Below are positions 1 through 8,170 of a stretch of 64,000 nucleotides of DNA, in pieces. The position numbers were made by a program, and so were the translations under genes. The stretch is taken from contig CAWJCF010000001.1 in the NCBI GenBank assembly GCA_963841335.1, positions 2,087,912 through 2,151,911 on the forward strand. Direction: 5' to 3'. Below the pieces are notes generated by a model. The model did no database searches. It was given only the letters and a program-made list of their open reading frames with translations, and was not told the DNA's origin. Position 1 is the first letter of the stretch. Every line of letters begins with the position of its first letter. Origin of the DNA: an uncultured Acidobacteriaceae bacterium (GTDB lineage: Bacteria > Acidobacteriota > Terriglobia > Terriglobales > Acidobacteriaceae).

Positions 1-136
1 CCTGCGCCTTCTGCAATTCTTGCAGCGAATTCAAACTCCCGTTCGAACACCCCACAAGCGAAGCGCAAGCTGCGCCTGCAGCGAACGCAAACCCCAAACG
101 ACGAGATCCCAGCACTGAACGACGATTCATTTTCAT
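1..136 (-). CDS. 5' end of a lipoprotein-like gene running off the left window edge (partial)
   Basis: The reverse complement of 1-136 reads ATG AAA ATG AAT CGT ... = MKMNRRSVLGSRRLGFAFAAGAACASLVGCSNGS. This has a basic N-terminus, a hydrophobic core and a lipobox-like LVGC. It is truncated by the window edge, so it is absent from the ORF track. No clear SD. Confidence 0.35.
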   Translation of the reverse strand, partial: MKMNRRSVLGSRRLGFAFAAGAACASLVGCSNGSLNSLQELQKAQ

Positions 137-307
137 GGCGACAGCTTTGTATCACATCTGCACCACCACCGGAAACCCTCCGTTTTCATGGGGACGCTCT
201 ACCGGATTGAGATTCCGCTGGGACACCCCAATGGGCACGCTTTCGCGGATCTCATTGTTCTCACGGTGGGATCGCGGACGGACCCACAAGCTACAATCAC
301 CACAAGC

Positions 308-910
308 ATGATCGCTCACCTCCGCGGACGCCTCCTCTCCAAAACTCCCAATCAGGCCATCGTTGAATGTTCTGGCGTTGGATATGACATCACCATCAGC
401 GTCGCCACGTTCTCTGCCCTGCCGCACGAGGGAGCGGAAGCTGCGCTGCATATTCACACGCATGTGCGCGAGGACCAGCTGGCTCTGTTTGGGTTCGCGG
501 AGAGCCAGGAAAAACGGTTGTTTGAGAAGCTCCTTACGATTTCAGGGATTGGGCCGAAGCTGGCGATTACCGTGCTTAGCGGCATTGATTCCGGGCGACT
601 TGTGAGTGCGATACGGGCAGGGGATCATGCTACTTTGACACGGATTCCGGGCATCGGGAAGAAGACTGCGGAGCGGGTGGTGCTGGAGCTTAAGGACAAG
701 CTGGATGATCTGGCCAAGGCGATTCCTGCGGGTAGCGGGGGGGCGCAAGTGCATGGCGCGGCGGGGGATGATGCGCTCTCTGCGCTGGTCAACCTGGGCT
801 ACGCCCGCCCTGTGGCGCAAAAGGCTATTGAGAAAGCGATTGAAAAGGATCCCGAGGCTGCGCGTGACTTTGAAACGCTCTTCCGGGCAGCGATGGCTGC
901 GATTCGGTAG
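308..910 (+). CDS. ruvA: Holliday junction branch migration protein RuvA
   Basis: The conserved RuvA N-terminus MIAHLRGRL starts at ATG 308 inside ORF 188..910. Two HhH motifs are present (ISGIGPKLA, IPGIGKKTAERV), followed by a flexible linker and C-terminal domain III (LVNLGYARPVAQKAIEKA). The 40 upstream codons have no RuvA counterpart. Confidence 0.9.
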   Translation: MIAHLRGRLLSKTPNQAIVECSGVGYDITISVATFSALPHEGAEAALHIHTHVREDQLALFGFAESQEKRLFEKLLTISGIGPKLAITVLSGIDSGRLVSAIRAGDHATLTRIPGIGKKTAERVVLELKDKLDDLAKAIPAGSGGAQVHGAAGDDALSALVNLGYARPVAQKAIEKAIEKDPEAARDFETLFRAAMAAIR

Positions 911-1190
911 CGTTTTTCTCTGTTTGTGGTGAAGGGGCGTTTTTCAAGGGGGTTTTGCGATTTTGTATCAAAAAATCGTGGTGTCTGGATGGTGAGTTCT
1001 GGTGATTTTGTGGTGGGAACGTGGTTTTTGGATGGTTGTTTTTGACGGCTAATTTTTTGCCACTTTTAGAAAATAAATCTGTGGAAAAAGCTTGGCATCG
1101 GCCTGTACGACGCAGCTCCCAGACAGGCGCGGGAGCATTGACGGCCAAGTCTTTCCCTATGGGACGAGATATGGCCGGGACCTGCGATAG

Positions 1191-1634
1191 CTAATCGGCC
1201 CGCTTGCTGCTCGCTCGTGGGGGCTTCGGCTTTGGTTTGCTCTTGGCCGCCTTGAGTTCGAGATTGAACGTGACTGCAGCACGGATGAGAGCCTTCAAGG
1301 CCACTTCGTTGATCTTTTCGTCTTCGTGAATGTCGATGGCGCGCCTGACATTTCCGTCGAGGCTGGAGTTGAATAGACCTGAAGGGTCCTCCAACGAGGC
1401 TCCCTTGGCAAAGGTTAGCTTGACGACGTTCTTGTAGGTCTCTCCTGTGCAGACGATACCGTCGTGGGAGAAGACGGGAGTCCCCATCCACTTCCACTCT
1501 TCGACGATCTCAGGGTCTGCCTTGTGGATGATTGCGCGCACCTTCGCGAGCGTCTTCCCGCGCCAGTCTCCAAGTTCGTTGCTCCTTGCGTCGATAAGTG
1601 CGGATGCAGATTCCGCCGGGTTCGTTCTTTTCAT
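1191..1634 (-). CDS. DUF1801 (YdhG-like) domain protein
   Basis: Shows the DUF1801-type pattern ...EEWKWMGTPVFSHDGIVCTGETYKNVVKLTFAKGASL..., with a K/P-rich tail. ATG 1634 has GGAG 8 nt upstream; the GTG at 1655 is less likely. Confidence 0.7.
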   Translation of the reverse strand: MKRTNPAESASALIDARSNELGDWRGKTLAKVRAIIHKADPEIVEEWKWMGTPVFSHDGIVCTGETYKNVVKLTFAKGASLEDPSGLFNSSLDGNVRRAIDIHEDEKINEVALKALIRAAVTFNLELKAAKSKPKPKPPRASSKRAD

Positions 1635-1783
1635 GTATCGCTCCAACTCTCGCACCTAATTTAGCTGTGCTCAGCGTAACCTGCACCCTCCGTAAGTAGA
1701 TGGCCCAGGGGCGGGCGGCATTGCCAGCGTTGGACGAGTAAGGGACCCCAAGTGGAGAAGGCGCTCTCCACAGTTCCCCTCAC

Positions 1784-2053
1784 CTAGTTCTTCTTCTCCC
1801 ACATCCCCCACGGTGCCTCTTTGTTCAGGCGTATGCGGGTATAAGAGACAGTTGTACTGTCGTTATTGAACTCACTGTAGGGTGCAACTGTGGAAAGCGT
1901 CAGCGTTTGTTCCATGTCTATATCGGGCGCTAATCCAGTATGTATATACGCACTAACAGTCTCATTCACATCAAGCAGACCATACGCGTCGCATTCAGTT
2001 CCGTCCGTTAATTTTTTCCAGATCGAACTAAGCTCATCCTGCGTGCAAAACAT
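1784..2053 (-). CDS. hypothetical small acidic protein (last gene of the low-GC cassette)
   Basis: 89-aa ORF lying 74 nt downstream of 2128..2790 on the same strand. No recognisable family; local G+C is clearly below the window norm. Confidence 0.4.
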   Translation of the reverse strand: MFCTQDELSSIWKKLTDGTECDAYGLLDVNETVSAYIHTGLAPDIDMEQTLTLSTVAPYSEFNNDSTTVSYTRIRLNKEAPWGMWEKKN

Positions 2054-2127
2054 CGTTTCTCCCCGGCCAACCGAATTTGGAAGTTCTGAATATCTTGTTC
2101 ATCGGCAGCGCCGAACACAACATCCGG

Positions 2128-2790
2128 CTACTTTTGCTCTGTTGCAATTTTGCACAGCATGTCGAACGCTTTTTCAAAAGGAGAATTGGGAACCAATGTT
2201 CTTTCAACATTCTCCGCAGGCACGTCTTGCATCGGTAAACCGCTACGATTCTTCCCTGCAAAAAATAGTGAACCAAGTGCCGAATAATGTCTCGTCTCAC
2301 AGTTACCCTCGACCGAGTTCATTACTGATTGGGGCGCTCCGACAATCGTGCTCTCTTGAAGATTTGCGACGATGTACGTCGCAAACCCATAGCCTGAATG
2401 ATGCTCCGCAGTGGATAGAGGAGGATTTGTGGTGAAGTAACGGCCATTTGTCATGAAGTAGATTTCCCGGCCATCGCTCTGAACCTTCTGCCATATATCG
2501 TCTGGTGATCCCCCCGCCAAGCCATCCACACCCATCTCATGCTTACTCGGCGCGGGATTGTTTGGCGGGGGATTACTTATTGAGCTATCTGGATTGATTT
2601 TGAATTGGAACGTTTGACCTGGCGTAACGTCGAACGTCACGATTGCGACAGTTCGTCGGCCCGTTTCGTCCACTTTCATCCCACAACCAATTCCCGACAA
2701 CTGCCGGTTCTTGAAAAAGAGCTTGCACGTTCCGTCGCTGACCGTCGTCGCTTCCCCAGTTCCCAAATAAACGTTGTAAACCTGCATCAT
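2128..2790 (-). CDS. hypothetical two-domain protein (beta-rich N-domain, P/N-rich linker, ~135-aa C-domain)
   Basis: 220-aa ORF. ATG-ATG start at 2790 with GGTGGAAGG just upstream. The linker is PDSSISNPPPNNPAPSK. No signal peptide and no recognisable family. Confidence 0.5.
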   Translation of the reverse strand: MMQVYNVYLGTGEATTVSDGTCKLFFKNRQLSGIGCGMKVDETGRRTVAIVTFDVTPGQTFQFKINPDSSISNPPPNNPAPSKHEMGVDGLAGGSPDDIWQKVQSDGREIYFMTNGRYFTTNPPLSTAEHHSGYGFATYIVANLQESTIVGAPQSVMNSVEGNCETRHYSALGSLFFAGKNRSGLPMQDVPAENVERTLVPNSPFEKAFDMLCKIATEQK

Positions 2791-2803
2791 CCTTCCACCA
2801 TCC

Positions 2804-3115
2804 TCAAGCGGGCGAGTCTCGATCCGGCCAGCAAAGCCAAGGATCGGAGAATGGTGGGATTCCTTCTGTGAGAAATTTAATCAGCACATGACCTTCATAG
2901 TCGTCGAAAAATGTGATGGCGGCAGTGTCGCAGTAGAACCGCGACTCCCGCTTTGCCAGGTCACTGCCGAGGGGCCCTTCGGCAGTGTTGCTAGAGGAGC
3001 TGCATGTGCCGTCAACAACCTGGACGTTGCTAACCTCGGCATAGGCTGGGATTATGGATCCCATCCCCGCCAGCAATATGGTGCTCAGCATTGCCACTCG
3101 GTAGATCATCGCCAC
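2804..3115 (-). CDS. small secreted cysteine-containing protein, unknown function
   Basis: 103-aa ORF with signal peptide MAMIYRVAMLSTILLAGMGSIIPAYA|EV. Its stop lies 13 nt before the next ORF on the same strand. Low G+C. Confidence 0.45.
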   Translation of the reverse strand: MAMIYRVAMLSTILLAGMGSIIPAYAEVSNVQVVDGTCSSSSNTAEGPLGSDLAKRESRFYCDTAAITFFDDYEGHVLIKFLTEGIPPFSDPWLCWPDRDSPA

Positions 3116-3296
3116 TCCTGTGGTCTAGCCATCCGGCTAGACCCTTCGACCTTAGATCGCATACACACACGCAGATAGACAGCAATCCTTTTATCTCATA
3201 CATGAATAAGAGACGCGGTAAATTATGGAGCGGTTTAGAGCTTCGATGAGTAGCGGGAAGGGTGCCACGTAATATAGATCCGAAGATGGGGCGACG

Positions 3297-3698
3297 ATGA
3301 GAACGGAATTGCTGCGATTCAACGGTGCTGTCGAACGCGATCCCGCCATTGATGCGTGGATGAATGAGCATGAAGGTGAATTGGGAGCCATCGCGCATGA
3401 GTGGTTTGAGGTGATGCGAAGATGCGGGGACGAGGTCCGGGAGATATTGCATGACGGCTGTCCGGTTGCATGTCTGGGCGATGCGCCCTTCGGCTACGTC
3501 AATGTATTCACTTCGCACGTGAACGTGGGGTTCTTTCATGGCGCGTCGTTGCCGGATCCGGCCCGCTTGTTGCAAGGCACCGGCAAGTTCATGCGTCATG
3601 TGAAGCTGAGACCGGGAACGGTCATAGATGCCGCATCGCTCATCAGACTCATCGAGACGGCGTACATGAATATGAAAGCGCGTGTTGAAAACGGCTAG
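3297..3698 (+). CDS. DUF1801 domain protein (second paralogue)
   Basis: 133-aa ORF with the DUF1801-like core ...DGCPVACLGDAPFGYVNVFTSHVNVGFFHGASLPDP...MRHVKL. Confidence 0.65.
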   Translation: MRTELLRFNGAVERDPAIDAWMNEHEGELGAIAHEWFEVMRRCGDEVREILHDGCPVACLGDAPFGYVNVFTSHVNVGFFHGASLPDPARLLQGTGKFMRHVKLRPGTVIDAASLIRLIETAYMNMKARVENG

Positions 3699-3849
3699 CT
3701 CCGAGAAGCGCCTTGATCACTGAACGTCACGTTTCTCAACGTGAATGTAGACAGGTATAGTATGGTGACGTTTCGAGATCAAAGGAAATTCCGGGCTGAA
3801 TAGCGTTCTTCTTCCTTAGTTGGGATTTCACCTTAGGGTAAGAGGCTTC

Positions 3850-5652
3850 ATGCCTTTACTTGTAAAACGCATTTGCCTGACTATTTTCGTTCTCCTGGTT
3901 TGCAGCGCTCTGAGCGCGGCACAGACAACTCCCACACTGGAAGCCCGGCGCAAAGCCCTCAACGATCTTCTCGTCGAGCAATGGGAATACAACCTCCGCA
4001 CCAACCCGCTGTATGCCTCTTCCCTCGGGGACAAACGATGGAACGACAAGCTGGATGATTTTTCGCAAGAGTTTATCGACAAGGATTTACTCGAAACACA
4101 AAAATTTCTAACGCGGTTTGAAGCCATCGACACGACAGGCTTTCCCAAACAGGAGATCTTGAATAAGCGCCTGATGGTTCGCGATCTTAAAATGTCGCTG
4201 GAGGGAGCTCGTTTCAAGGGGTGGGAGATGCCCGTGACCCAGCAAAGCGGATACCATCTGTATCTCCCTCAGCTTGTGCTGGTCCTCTCCTTTCAAACCG
4301 TTAAGGATTACGAAGATTACATCGCTCGCCTGAACCAAGTGCCTCGCTTGTTCGATCAGACGGTCATCCAGATGCGAAAGGGCATGGCCGACAAATTGAT
4401 GCCACCCATTTTTCTTCTCGCGAAAGTTGGGGATCAGACCAATGCGATTGCCAAGCAGGCGCCCGGCGATTCTCCCTTCGCTAAACCCTTCAAGGATTTC
4501 CCGAAATCCATCTCCGAGAAAGATCAGGCTCGCCTACGAGACCAGGGAATTGCCGCCATTCGAGATGCCGTCCTTCCCGCCTATGCGCACTTCGCAAAAT
4601 TTGTGATTAATGACTACGCCCCGCACGGTCGCACGGAGGTCGGCGTCTGGTCGCTCCCCGATGGCGACAACTACTATGCGTTTCGAGTGAAGGAAAGTAC
4701 TACGACGGATCTCAGCCCGGAGCAGATCCACCAGTTGGGTCTCGCACAGGTGAAGGAGATCGAAGCTCGCATGAAGGAGGTTGCGGCTCAATTCGGATAC
4801 AAAGATCCGAAAGCGTTCAATGCCGCCATTGCCGCGGATCCGAAGCTCCACGCCCACTCGCGCCAGCAGATCCTGGATCTCTATACCAAATACATCGACC
4901 AGATGAATACGAAACTGCCCGAGCTCTTCAACCGTCTCCCGAAAGCGAAATTGGTGGTGTTGCCTGTGGAAGAGTTCCGGGAAAAGGAAGCGTCTGGCGC
5001 TTCGTATAAGGAGCCAGCTTTGGATGGTTCACGCCCCGGCCACGTCATGGTGAACACCGGAGATTTTGAGAAACGTTCACTGCTGGATATCGAAACAACG
5101 GCGTATCACGAAGGTGTGCCCGGTCATCACATGCAGATCGCCATTGCGCAGGAGTTGCCGGAGCTGCCCCCGTTCAGGCAGAACGAATACTACACGGCCT
5201 ACACCGAGGGCTGGGCACTCTACGCTGAGCGACTCGGAAAAGAAGTTGGTTTTTTTCAGGATCCCTACAGTTACTACGGCCACCTTCAAGACGACATGCT
5301 GCGCGCCGTCCGTCTCGTAGTCGATACCGGCCTCCATTCCAAGCATTGGACGCGGCAACAGGTCGTCGACTACTTCCACGACCATTCGAACGAGGATGAA
5401 GTCAGCGTGCAATCGGAGACCGACCGTTACATCGCGTGGCCGGGGCAGGCCTTAGGCTACAAAATTGGCCAACTCGAGATTCTCGAACTGCGGCAGTACG
5501 CGAAGGATCAGCTCGGCGACAAATTCGATATTCGCGCCTTTCACGATGAAGTCTTAGGCGGCGGCGCCCTCCCAATGGACGTGCTCAAGGAGCGGATTCA
5601 CGACTGGGTCGCAGTCCAGAAAACGCCGTCCGCACCCTCCACGGCAAAATGA
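3850..5652 (+). CDS. DUF885 family secreted metallopeptidase-like protein
   Basis: Signal peptide MPLLVKRICLTIFVLLVCSALSAAQT from ATG 3850 (AAGAGG upstream). DUF885 hallmarks YHEGVPGHHMQ and WPGQALGYKIG are present. Confidence 0.85.
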   Translation: MPLLVKRICLTIFVLLVCSALSAAQTTPTLEARRKALNDLLVEQWEYNLRTNPLYASSLGDKRWNDKLDDFSQEFIDKDLLETQKFLTRFEAIDTTGFPKQEILNKRLMVRDLKMSLEGARFKGWEMPVTQQSGYHLYLPQLVLVLSFQTVKDYEDYIARLNQVPRLFDQTVIQMRKGMADKLMPPIFLLAKVGDQTNAIAKQAPGDSPFAKPFKDFPKSISEKDQARLRDQGIAAIRDAVLPAYAHFAKFVINDYAPHGRTEVGVWSLPDGDNYYAFRVKESTTTDLSPEQIHQLGLAQVKEIEARMKEVAAQFGYKDPKAFNAAIAADPKLHAHSRQQILDLYTKYIDQMNTKLPELFNRLPKAKLVVLPVEEFREKEASGASYKEPALDGSRPGHVMVNTGDFEKRSLLDIETTAYHEGVPGHHMQIAIAQELPELPPFRQNEYYTAYTEGWALYAERLGKEVGFFQDPYSYYGHLQDDMLRAVRLVVDTGLHSKHWTRQQVVDYFHDHSNEDEVSVQSETDRYIAWPGQALGYKIGQLEILELRQYAKDQLGDKFDIRAFHDEVLGGGALPMDVLKERIHDWVAVQKTPSAPSTAK

Positions 5653-5686
5653 GCGGCTCCGCGATGTGGAAACGCTGTTCTCGTGT

Positions 5687-6100
5687 TTATACCGGCGCAG
5701 CGTTTTTCGCTGGAAAGAGGTTGCCGATTGTGCGGCTTTCCGGTCGCAGTGCCCACGATGCCACAGTGAGACCCGCAATGATGAGCGGGGCGAGGACGTG
5801 AAAGGCGTAAGCGCCGTAACCGCCGACTGCAACGCAGGATGCGGCTGCGCCTGTCAGGTCAAAGAAGATGCCGGCATACGCCCATTCCTTGAGCCGCGGA
5901 AAACGCGGCACGAGTATGGCGATGGCTCCAAGCACTTTCCAAAATCCCAGGATGGCGAAGAAGTACATTGGGTAGCCAAGGACAGGCACGACTCCATGGG
6001 GGTTGGCGTGAAATTGTGCCAACTGCGCGACACCGCCGCTTCCGATAGGAGCGGCCACGAGTATGGTCGTAGTCCAATAAGCAATAGATTTTGCATTCAT
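5687..6100 (-). CDS. DoxX-like membrane protein
   Basis: Four hydrophobic segments (MNAKSIAYWTTTILVAAPIGSGG..., ...GYPMYFFAILGFWKVLGAIAILVP...). ATG 6100 lies 2 nt after the stop of the upstream SRPBCC gene. The longer ORF up to 6265 overlaps that gene. Confidence 0.65.
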   Translation of the reverse strand: MNAKSIAYWTTTILVAAPIGSGGVAQLAQFHANPHGVVPVLGYPMYFFAILGFWKVLGAIAILVPRFPRLKEWAYAGIFFDLTGAAASCVAVGGYGAYAFHVLAPLIIAGLTVASWALRPESRTIGNLFPAKNAAPV

Positions 6101-6102
6101 GT

Positions 6103-6540
6103 TTAGTCCAACCCCCCAAGGACACGCTCCAGGCTCCCGAAGAACTTCTGCCAGCCGTAATTTGCGCCGCCATAAGCTTGCTGCTGATCGGGACCGAAGC
6201 CGGACTGCTCCATGCGAACGTGGGTGCCGCCCTCCGCGGGAGTCAAGATGAAGAGCACCACCCATTGAAGCCCGCTTTCGCCTCCTCCAACACCCCAGTT
6301 ATAGGACAGGCGTTGGAGCGGGTCGACGATCAGCACTTCGCAGTCGACAACACCATTCCAGTTCGGCACGGGATCGGCTCGGAATTGGAACCTCCGCCCG
6401 ACCACCGGCTCGAAGTCGTTGTTCATCATCCATTGCGCGAGGAGCGGGCTCTCGGTGAGAGCGCGCCACAGCTTCGCTGGCGGATGTGGGAATACGCGCT
6501 CGATCACAAGGGTGCGCGTACTCTCTGCTGCATTGCTCAT
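6103..6540 (-). CDS. SRPBCC / AHSA1 (activator of Hsp90 ATPase homologue 1-like) domain protein
   Basis: Typical pattern ...LVIERVFPHPPAKLWRALTESPLLAQWMM...FQFRADP...W.G.VDCEVL.VDP...LSY.W. Confidence 0.8.
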   Translation of the reverse strand: MSNAAESTRTLVIERVFPHPPAKLWRALTESPLLAQWMMNNDFEPVVGRRFQFRADPVPNWNGVVDCEVLIVDPLQRLSYNWGVGGGESGLQWVVLFILTPAEGGTHVRMEQSGFGPDQQQAYGGANYGWQKFFGSLERVLGGLD

Positions 6541-6592
6541 TAATCCACCCTTTCCAGAAGTGCTTCAAGACGGTCAAACCGATCACGCCAGA

Positions 6593-7195
6593 TCATTTCT
6601 CTACCCGCGTACCGTCGTAGATCCAATTTGTTTCCCACGTCTTTCCACCATCTGCCGAGAAAGCCTGTTCAAAGTGAGTGGTGCTTGGACTTAGGTTTTG
6701 CCATACGTATCGAATGTAGGTTGCCCGACCCTGAATCGTATCCTGAGCGTAAAATTCCCCGCGTTTGTTATCAAACTGTCCGATTTGGGGAGGATCGAAG
6801 ATTCCCGTTTTTATGCTGGAACCGTAGATGCTCCATTGGTGCGAGGTGGGGTTGTAAAGCCGCAAGGCAAGGATCTCGATGTGCTGATGAGTGGTGGGAC
6901 TGTCGACCGTCATCTCACTTTCATTCCACCCTTCCAACATCGGCAGCGATCGCGTCACCACCGTCCCATCGAGGTCATCCCATTGGGTGGATCCCGTCAG
7001 GGGATGAAGAAGCTTCCTCACATGGGCCTTCCACCTACCCACCTCGAAGTCGAAATCATGCCGACCATCGTGCGGTGTTGCGTTCTGGTTCCCCGGACTA
7101 TTCGGGGTCGCCGTCTGGGCGGAGGTCATTGCCGGAAGTGCAAACGATAGAAATGCGGCGATCAAAAGGACGCGAACGGATCTGATTTTGCTCAT
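6593..7195 (-). CDS. secreted protein, DUF1579-like (family call uncertain)
   Basis: Signal peptide MSKIRSVRVLLIAAFLSFALPAMTSAQT. ATG 7195 has AAGGA 7 nt upstream. Contains a DFDFEVGRWKAHV motif. Confidence 0.6.
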   Translation of the reverse strand: MSKIRSVRVLLIAAFLSFALPAMTSAQTATPNSPGNQNATPHDGRHDFDFEVGRWKAHVRKLLHPLTGSTQWDDLDGTVVTRSLPMLEGWNESEMTVDSPTTHQHIEILALRLYNPTSHQWSIYGSSIKTGIFDPPQIGQFDNKRGEFYAQDTIQGRATYIRYVWQNLSPSTTHFEQAFSADGGKTWETNWIYDGTRVEK

Positions 7196-7225
7196 GACCA
7201 ATCCTTAGGGTGATGCTCAATGAGA

Positions 7226-7570
7226 TTAGTCCATCCTTTGCAAAAGTGCTTCAAGCTGGTCAAACCGGTCGCGCCAGAAGGCTCCGTAGAGATTGAGCCA
7301 GTCCACCATCGGCGTCAACGCGTCAGGCTGTGCGCGATAGTGAGTTTCGCGTCCCTCGCGGCGATGCCGTACCAGCTTTGCCCTCTTCAGCACCGTGAGG
7401 TGTTTGGAGACAGCAGGCTGGGAGACGCCTGCATAGCTGGTCAACGCGTGGACGGTTTGTTCGCCCTGCCGGGTCAACTGCTCGAAGATGGCCCTGCGCG
7501 TTGGGTCGGCAAGAGCGCGGAAGACGTGCGTGGCGTTGGCCGGCTTCACAGAGCCTCCCCCTTTGGTCAT
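7226..7570 (-). CDS. ArsR/SmtB family transcriptional regulator
   Basis: Winged-HTH signature FRALADPTRRAIFEQL...VSQPAVSKHLTVLKRAKLV.HRREGRETHY. ATG at 7570. It is the first gene of a same-strand run down to 5687. Confidence 0.85.
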   Translation of the reverse strand: MTKGGGSVKPANATHVFRALADPTRRAIFEQLTRQGEQTVHALTSYAGVSQPAVSKHLTVLKRAKLVRHRREGRETHYRAQPDALTPMVDWLNLYGAFWRDRFDQLEALLQRMD

Positions 7571-7578
7571 GTGGCGTG

Positions 7579-7974
7579 TTACCAGTCCAGGTGTGTTATC
7601 TGAATGAGATTTCCGCAAGTATCGTCAAGCACCGCGATGGTTGATCCCGTGGTCTTGGTTGGCTCCTTGGTGAAGGTGACGCCGTGCTGCTTTAGCCGCT
7701 CGTACTCCTTTTGGACGTCCGCGACGAAGAAATTAGCCGCAGGTGTCCCTTGCCGAAAGATCTCCTGTTGATACCCCTTCGCGGCCGGGTTGTAGGCGTT
7801 GTTGGGCTCCAGGACCAGTTGCACGCCTTCTGGTTCTTCAGGAGAGACCACTGTAAGCCATTTGAATTTCCCCGCAGGGAATTCCATTTTCTTCACGAAG
7901 CCAAGAACTTCGGTGTAGAACTTCAGCGCCTTGTCCTGGTCGTCGACAAAGACGCTCGTTAGTTTGATTTTCAT
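7579..7974 (-). CDS. VOC (glyoxalase/bleomycin-resistance/dioxygenase) family protein
   Basis: MKIKLTSVFVDDQDKALKFYTEVLGF...GVTFTKEP....G..AVLDDTCGNLIQI is a typical VOC fold pattern. ATG at 7974. Confidence 0.8.
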   Translation of the reverse strand: MKIKLTSVFVDDQDKALKFYTEVLGFVKKMEFPAGKFKWLTVVSPEEPEGVQLVLEPNNAYNPAAKGYQQEIFRQGTPAANFFVADVQKEYERLKQHGVTFTKEPTKTTGSTIAVLDDTCGNLIQITHLDW

Positions 7975-8046
7975 GGTTGATCCTTTCTGCTCGGCGTTGA
8001 ATTGGGCGAGAGCGCGGAAGACCTGATTGGCACTGGCCGGCTCCAC
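7975..8046 (-). pseudogene. decayed 5' fragment of an arsR paralogue
   Basis: Plus-strand 8006-8046 (gcgagagcgcggaagacctgattggcactggccggctccac) aligns with 7509-7549 of the intact arsR (gcaagagcgcggaagacgtgcgtggcgttggccggcttcac). It translates as EPASANQVFRALA, compared with KPANATHVFRALA. The similarity then breaks down after an apparent 13-bp deletion. Confidence 0.4.
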
Positions 8047-8135
8047 TCACGGAACCATAGCCAAATGGTTATTGATTTGTCAAGAGTGAACTCGACACAT
8101 TTGCGTAAAAGAGGAGGCTCGGCGCAAAGAGAAGT

Positions 8136-8166
8136 GGCCCCGAAACCGTTTTGCGGTTCCGGGGCC
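8136..8166 (-). terminator. stem-loop immediately 3' of rnpB
   Basis: ggccccgaaaccg-ttttg-cggttccggggcc forms a 13-bp stem with one mismatch. On the minus strand it is followed by ACUUCUCUUU. Confidence 0.5.
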
Positions 8167-8170
8167 ATCG

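Noticed and set aside
188-307. 40-codon N-terminal extension of ruvA (ORF track start 188)
   Set aside because: RuvA proteins begin with the MI..L.G motif, found here at ATG 308. The extension has no counterpart and would overlap the divergent promoter region.
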